Source: Trueperaceae bacterium (GTDB lineage: Bacteria > Deinococcota > Deinococci > Deinococcales > Trueperaceae). Taken from it: a stretch of DNA of 64,000 nt. The stretch lies in the NCBI GenBank assembly GCA_034521815.1, contig JAXHLW010000013.1, forward strand, positions 1,120,001 to 1,184,000. The letters are read 5' to 3'. Of this stretch, positions 59,112-64,000 are shown piece by piece. Numbering within the stretch: position 1 is the first letter of the stretch; each line of letters begins with the position of its first letter. Made by a program: the position numbers and the translations under genes. The notes beneath the pieces were generated by a model. It had not been told where the DNA came from and ran no database searches. It saw only the letters and a program-made list of their open reading frames with translations.

Positions 59112-60950
59112 TCACATCGCATCCGGCGCCTCGACGCCCAACAGGTCGAGGGTCGCTGCCAGCGTCCTTCGCACGGCGCCCACCAGCGCCAGTCGGGCCT
59201 CGCGCAGGCCGGGCGCCGCCCGGAGCACCGGGGTGTCGGGCCTGCCGTCGGGACCGCGGTGGTTGTAGTAGCCGTTCCAGGCGGTCGCCAGGTCCAGGGC
59301 GTACTGCGCGACCAGGTGCGGAGCGAGCTCGCGCGCGGCCTGCGCGCGCACCGCGGGGAGGCGCGCGATCTGACGGGCCAGGCGAAGCTCCAGCGGGCCC
59401 AGCTGCGAGAAGTCGGCCGCCGCCGCGTCCAGCTCGGCCTCGTCCGCCGCGCGGAGGATGCTGGCGGCACGAGCGTGCGCGTACTGGACGTAGGGGGCGC
59501 TGTCGCCCTGCAGATTGAGCGCCTGTTCCCAACGGAAGTCGATCACGCGCTTGGCCTCGCTCTTGAGCATCGCGAAGCGCAGCGCGCCCAGGCCGACCTG
59601 GCGCGCGATCTCGTCGGCCTCGTCGAGCTCGGGGTTCTTCTCGGCCATCACCGCACGCGCCCGGCGGGCGGCTTCGACGATGACCTCGTCGATCGCCAGC
59701 GTGATGCCCTTGCGGCCGCTCATCGGCCGTCCCTCGAGCGTGACGACCTCGTAGGCGAGATGCTTGCTGTTGCTGAACGCCTCCGCGCCTTCGGGCGTTC
59801 CGGACAGCGCCAACGCGGTCCGCACCAGCGTCTGGGGATGGCTCTGGCGCACGTCGATGACGTTGACGATCTCCTGGGCGTGGGCGAACGAGCGACCTGC
59901 GGGCCGAGGGTCGCCGCCTGGAGCGCTGGTCCAGAGGCGGTGACCGCTGGGCTGCTGGGCGAACTCGGCGTAGCCGAGTCCCTCGAAGATGCCCGCCTTC
60001 CAGAACTGGTAGCCGATGTCCTTCGCGACGTACATCGCGTTGCCGTCGCTGCGGACCAGCACGACCTGCGGCTCTTCGAGTCCCGGAATGAACTCGCCGA
60101 CGTCCATCACGAGCGCCCCGGCGAACTTCCCGTCGCTGGGGCGGTCGGTGTACGGACTGTTCTCCAACACCTCGAGTCCGCGTGCGAGGAAGCCGGCGGC
60201 GACGACGTCGGACTCCCAGACGAGCACGTCGTACTCGGCGCCGAGGCGCCAGAACGTCTGCAGCTGGGCGTGCACGATGGCGGACACGTCGTGACGCAGC
60301 TCACCGCGCTCGAGCCGGTGCATGGTCTCGCGCACGCCGGCCTCGATCTCCTCGGCGTTCTCTTCCTTGGCGTCCCCCAGCCGGACGTAGAGGCGGCCGT
60401 ACCAGTGGTCGAGCTTCTCCTCGCCGTTCCACGCCTCGCCGAAGTAGCGGGCCGCGAACAGGCTTTCGGCGGCTTGGCGGCCGGTGTCGTCGATGTAGTT
60501 CTGGACCTCGACGTCGTAGCCGTCGGCGCGCAGGATCCGGGCGACGGCGTCGCCGAGGACGATGTTGCGCAGGTGCCCGACGTGCGCCTCTTTGTTGGGA
60601 TTGACGCTGGTGTGCTCGACGACGACCTTGAGGTCGCGGCTCGGCGCGACCTGCCTGTCGGCGACGAGGTCGCGCACGAACGACGCGGGGTCGAGGAACA
60701 CGTTGATGTACGGGCCGACCGCTTCGGCGCGCAGCACGCCTGCGGGAGGCTCGAAGGCGGCGACGACGTCCTGGGCGATCTCGGCGGGCGACCTGCGAAG
60801 GATGCGCGCCAACGCGAACGCGATCGGCGTGCCGTAGTCGCCCGGCTTGTCGTCGGGGACCTCTTGGATCGGGACCTCCGGCGGCTCGCTGCCGAGGCGT
60901 CGGACGGCGGCCGCGAAGGCGGTAGCGAGGGCGTCTTGGACGTCGTTCAT
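59112..60950 (-). CDS. argS: Arginine--tRNA ligase
   Basis: EHTSVNPNKEAHVGHLRN (HIGH), NYIDDTG, MSGRKG, GDSAPYVQYAHAR, LGVEAPDAM. Confidence 0.95.
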   Translation of the reverse strand: MNDVQDALATAFAAAVRRLGSEPPEVPIQEVPDDKPGDYGTPIAFALARILRRSPAEIAQDVVAAFEPPAGVLRAEAVGPYINVFLDPASFVRDLVADRQVAPSRDLKVVVEHTSVNPNKEAHVGHLRNIVLGDAVARILRADGYDVEVQNYIDDTGRQAAESLFAARYFGEAWNGEEKLDHWYGRLYVRLGDAKEENAEEIEAGVRETMHRLERGELRHDVSAIVHAQLQTFWRLGAEYDVLVWESDVVAAGFLARGLEVLENSPYTDRPSDGKFAGALVMDVGEFIPGLEEPQVVLVRSDGNAMYVAKDIGYQFWKAGIFEGLGYAEFAQQPSGHRLWTSAPGGDPRPAGRSFAHAQEIVNVIDVRQSHPQTLVRTALALSGTPEGAEAFSNSKHLAYEVVTLEGRPMSGRKGITLAIDEVIVEAARRARAVMAEKNPELDEADEIARQVGLGALRFAMLKSEAKRVIDFRWEQALNLQGDSAPYVQYAHARAASILRAADEAELDAAAADFSQLGPLELRLARQIARLPAVRAQAARELAPHLVAQYALDLATAWNGYYNHRGPDGRPDTPVLRAAPGLREARLALVGAVRRTLAATLDLLGVEAPDAM

Positions 60951-61104
60951 CGCCGCGAAGGGTAGCACGGGGGCGTCGCGGCGACGGCGGTGCGACCGGC
61001 ATCGGACGTCTATACTGTCCGGACGAGTCGGAGGCTCCCGCCCGCGTCGCGCCGTGGGCGCATGTGGTCCAGCTTCCGGCACCGAGGACGCACGGCCGTG
61101 TACA

Positions 61105-61125
61105 CTTGATACGTGCTGACTCAGA
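61105..61125 (+). promoter_or_regulatory. HAIR-like (HspR) operator upstream of lon
   Basis: CTTGATA-N7-ACTCAGA versus consensus CTTGAGT-N7-ACTCAAG; overlaps a TACACT -10-like box at 61101-61106. Confidence 0.6.
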
Positions 61126-61200
61126 TTTGTCGCAACGACACACTCACAGCGGTTCGGCCACACCTCACCGGTCCGCCTTGCCCGAACGAAGGAGCCCACC

Positions 61201-63666
61201 ATGCCTGACGCCCCGATCGAACAACGCTTCGACGCGCCGGTCCCGGTGTGCCCGGTCCGCGGCTCGGTTCTCTACCCCAGCATGGTCATGCCGATCGACG
61301 CCGGCCGCGCGATCAGCATCCGAGCGATCAACACCGCGCTGGATCGTGACCGCACCATCGTCATCGTGAGCCAGAAGGATCGCGAGACCGAGGAGCCCAC
61401 GCCGGCCGACCTGTTCGAGGTCGGGACCGTCTGCACGATCATGCGGATGAAGAAGAATCCCGACGGCAGCATCCAGATGCTGGTCCGGGCCATCGGACGG
61501 GTGCGCATCGACGCGTACCACGCCTCGGAGGGCCTGATCGAAGCGGACCTCTCGCCGTTCGAGGTCGACGACGGCGACGATACCGTCGTCGCCGCCAGCT
61601 TCCGCGAGCTCAAGGAGAAGTTCTCCGAGCTGCTCGAAACCGGCAGCCGCGGAATCCAGTCCGAAGTCGCCCAGTTCATCTTGAACCTCGAGGACCCCGG
61701 CCAGTTCGCCGACTACGTCGCCTACCACCTCGACTTCCGCCTCGACGACAAGCAGACGGTCCTCGAAGCGACCAGCATCGCCGAGCGGCTCCGCAAGGTG
61801 CTGGTCCTGATCGACACCGAGATCGAGCTCCAGGAGACGCAGCGGCGCCTCCAGCGCGAGGTCAAGGAGGAGATCGACCGGAACCAGCGCGAGTACTTCC
61901 TGCGCGAGCAGATCAAGGCGCTGCAGAAGGAGCTGTCCGGCAGCGACGAGGAAGAGGACGAGGTCGAGGGGTTCCGCGAGAAGCTCGAGGCGGCCGGCCT
62001 GCCGGACGACGTGATGAAGGAAGCGCAGCGCGAGCTGAACCGGCTCTCGCGGATGCATCCCGACAGCGCCGAGGCGTCGGTCATCCGGACCTACCTCACC
62101 ACCCTCGCCGAGCTGCCGTGGAACGTCCGCTCCGAAGACGAGCTGAACGTCGCCCGCGCCGGAGAGGTGCTGGAAGAGGACCACTACGGGCTCGAGAAGG
62201 TCAAGGACCGCGTGCTCGAGTACCTCGCCGTCCGCAACCTCAAGGCCCGCAAGGCGCAGGACGGGAAGCTGGACGAAAGCGAGGTCAACAAGGGCCCGAT
62301 CCTGCTCTTCGTCGGCCCTCCCGGCGTCGGCAAGACCTCGATCGCCCAGTCCGTCGCCAAGGCGCTGGGGCGTGAGTACGTCCGCATCAGCCTCGGAGGC
62401 GCTCGCGACGAGTCCGACATCCGCGGTCACCGCCGGACCTACATCGGCTCCATGCCCGGCCGCATCATCCAAGGAATCCGCACCGCAGGCACCAAGAACC
62501 CGGTGTTCCTGCTCGACGAGGTCGACAAGCTGGGCGCTTCCTACCAGGGCGACCCGTCCTCGGCGCTGCTCGAGGTTCTCGACCCCGCCCAGAATCAGAA
62601 CTTCGTCGACCACTACCTCGGCGTGCCGTTCGATCTCTCCGAGGTGCTGTTCGTCGCGACCGCGAACTACGCGCAGCAGATTCCCGAGGCGCTCATGGAC
62701 CGCATGGAGACGATCGAGTTCTCCAGCTACATCGAGCAGGAGAAGCTCGAGATCGGCAAGCGCTACCTGCTGCCGCGGCAGCTGCGCGAGAACGGCCTGG
62801 AGCCCAAGCAGCTCACGATCAGCGACAGCGCCGTCTCCAAGGTCATCTCGAGCTACACCCGCGAGGCCGGCGTCCGCACGCTCGAGCGCACGCTGGGCAC
62901 GCTGGCGCGCAAGGCCGCGCGGCGCATCGCCGAAGGCGACGCCAAGCGCGTCCGCATCACCGAGAGGAGCCTCGAGGGCTACCTCGGCGCGGAACGCTAC
63001 ACGCCCGAGTCGGAAGCCGAAGAGGACCTCGTGGGCGTGGCGACCGGCATGTACTTCACGCCCGTCGGCGGCGACATCCTCTTCGTCGAGACCAGCATCA
63101 CCCCCGGCAAGGGCGGTCTGGTCCTCACCGGTCAGCTCGGCGACGTGATGAAGGAGTCCGCCCGCGCCGCGTTGACGTACGCGAAGAGCAACGCCGCGCG
63201 CTTCGGGCTGGAGCCCAACGAGCTCGACGAGCACGAGATCCACATCCACGTTCCGGCCGGCGCCACCCCCAAGGAGGGACCGTCCGCAGGCGTCGCCCTC
63301 GCGACCAGCCTGATCAGCGCGGTCACCGGCGTGCCGGTGCGCAAGGACGTCTCGATGACCGGCGAGATCACGCTCCGCGGCCGGGTCCTCCCGATCGGCG
63401 GGCTGAAGGAGAAGATCCTGGGCGCCAAGCGAGCCGGAATCCAGCACGTGATCTATCCCGAGAAGAACGAGGCGGACGTCAAGGACATCGGCAGCCACCT
63501 GACGCGCGGAATCCGCATGCACCCCGCCGCGTCGCTGGACGACGTGCTCGAGCACGCGCTGGTCGGGGGCATCGCGGCCCTCGAGAGCCAGGGCGGAGGC
63601 CCGAGCCGAAAGAACGAGCGTCGGCCCCGAACGCCGAAGGCCGAGGTGCCGACGGCCCACGCCTGA
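61201..63666 (+). CDS. lon: ATP-dependent Lon protease
   Basis: [52 protein letters not shown]. Confidence 0.97.
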   Translation: MPDAPIEQRFDAPVPVCPVRGSVLYPSMVMPIDAGRAISIRAINTALDRDRTIVIVSQKDRETEEPTPADLFEVGTVCTIMRMKKNPDGSIQMLVRAIGRVRIDAYHASEGLIEADLSPFEVDDGDDTVVAASFRELKEKFSELLETGSRGIQSEVAQFILNLEDPGQFADYVAYHLDFRLDDKQTVLEATSIAERLRKVLVLIDTEIELQETQRRLQREVKEEIDRNQREYFLREQIKALQKELSGSDEEEDEVEGFREKLEAAGLPDDVMKEAQRELNRLSRMHPDSAEASVIRTYLTTLAELPWNVRSEDELNVARAGEVLEEDHYGLEKVKDRVLEYLAVRNLKARKAQDGKLDESEVNKGPILLFVGPPGVGKTSIAQSVAKALGREYVRISLGGARDESDIRGHRRTYIGSMPGRIIQGIRTAGTKNPVFLLDEVDKLGASYQGDPSSALLEVLDPAQNQNFVDHYLGVPFDLSEVLFVATANYAQQIPEALMDRMETIEFSSYIEQEKLEIGKRYLLPRQLRENGLEPKQLTISDSAVSKVISSYTREAGVRTLERTLGTLARKAARRIAEGDAKRVRITERSLEGYLGAERYTPESEAEEDLVGVATGMYFTPVGGDILFVETSITPGKGGLVLTGQLGDVMKESARAALTYAKSNAARFGLEPNELDEHEIHIHVPAGATPKEGPSAGVALATSLISAVTGVPVRKDVSMTGEITLRGRVLPIGGLKEKILGAKRAGIQHVIYPEKNEADVKDIGSHLTRGIRMHPAASLDDVLEHALVGGIAALESQGGGPSRKNERRPRTPKAEVPTAHA

Positions 63667-63700
63667 GAGCTGGCGTCCACCGACAGCTCGACGCACCTGC

Positions 63701-63728
63701 AGGGCGGTCCATCTGGACCGCCCTTTTG
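63701..63728 (+). terminator. Intrinsic terminator after lon
   Basis: AGGGCGGTCCA-tc-TGGACCGCCCT-TTTG. Confidence 0.8.
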
Positions 63729-63766
63729 CGTACGGAGGTCCTGAATCGCTGCGGTATCGTTGGAGC

Positions 63767-64000
63767 ATGCGTAGACCTTTGATCGCAGGAAACTGGAAGA
63801 TGCACAAGACGCCTACCGAAGCGCTCGAGTGGATCGGTGCGTTCCTCGCCGGGCTCGAGACGACGCCACACGCTGGCGTGGACGTCCTCCTGGGCGTGCC
63901 CGCCACCCACCTCCCCGCACTGGCCGCACGCGCCCGAGGCAGCGACGTCGCGCTGGCCGGGCAGGACCTCTCGGCGCACGACGAGGGCGCGTACACCGGC
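63767..64000 (+). CDS. tpiA: Triosephosphate isomerase (5' part, truncated by the window edge)
   Basis: MRRPLIAGNWKMHKT ... AGQDLSAHDEGAYTG. Confidence 0.93.
   Translation, partial: MRRPLIAGNWKMHKTPTEALEWIGAFLAGLETTPHAGVDVLLGVPATHLPALAARARGSDVALAGQDLSAHDEGAYTG

Overview
High-GC bacterial chromosome segment, most likely Deinococcota (Trueperaceae/Deinococcus-like). This assignment is inferred from sequence features of GyrB, RecJ, ribosomal protein S1 and TrmB and from the ATP-cone 2-phosphoglycerate kinase. Most of the window is housekeeping: gyrB, proA, class II photolyase, oligopeptidase A, trxB, trmB, an lptF/G/D-like cluster, plsX, a peptide ABC importer, rpsA, htpX, lemA, mnmA, recJ, alr, argS, lon and tpiA. 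The exception is a markedly lower-GC block of about 5.3 kb (about 40.1-45.5 kb) between the peptide ABC importer and rpsA. It contains (1) an unannotated 33-codon gene for a signal peptide plus a 7-residue C-terminal peptide (MKNTGKRIFATALFVAVVNVPLMVLA|GVHLSQR) with its own terminator-like hairpin; (2) a co-oriented ~828-aa TPR + winged-HTH regulator; (3) a divergent ~390-aa TPR-only protein; (4) an atypical receiver-LuxR regulator whose RBS can be sequestered by two anti-SD segments; and (5) two related non-coding elements made of hairpins with YCUCCCA loops. Together these resemble an RRNPP/Rap-Phr-style export-and-reimport peptide signalling system with an RNA layer, in a diderm phylum. This interpretation is inference and needs testing. 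Two genes (ABC-F and recJ) have single-base frameshifts in homopolymer runs. No rRNA, tRNA, CRISPR array, integrase or transposase was seen.
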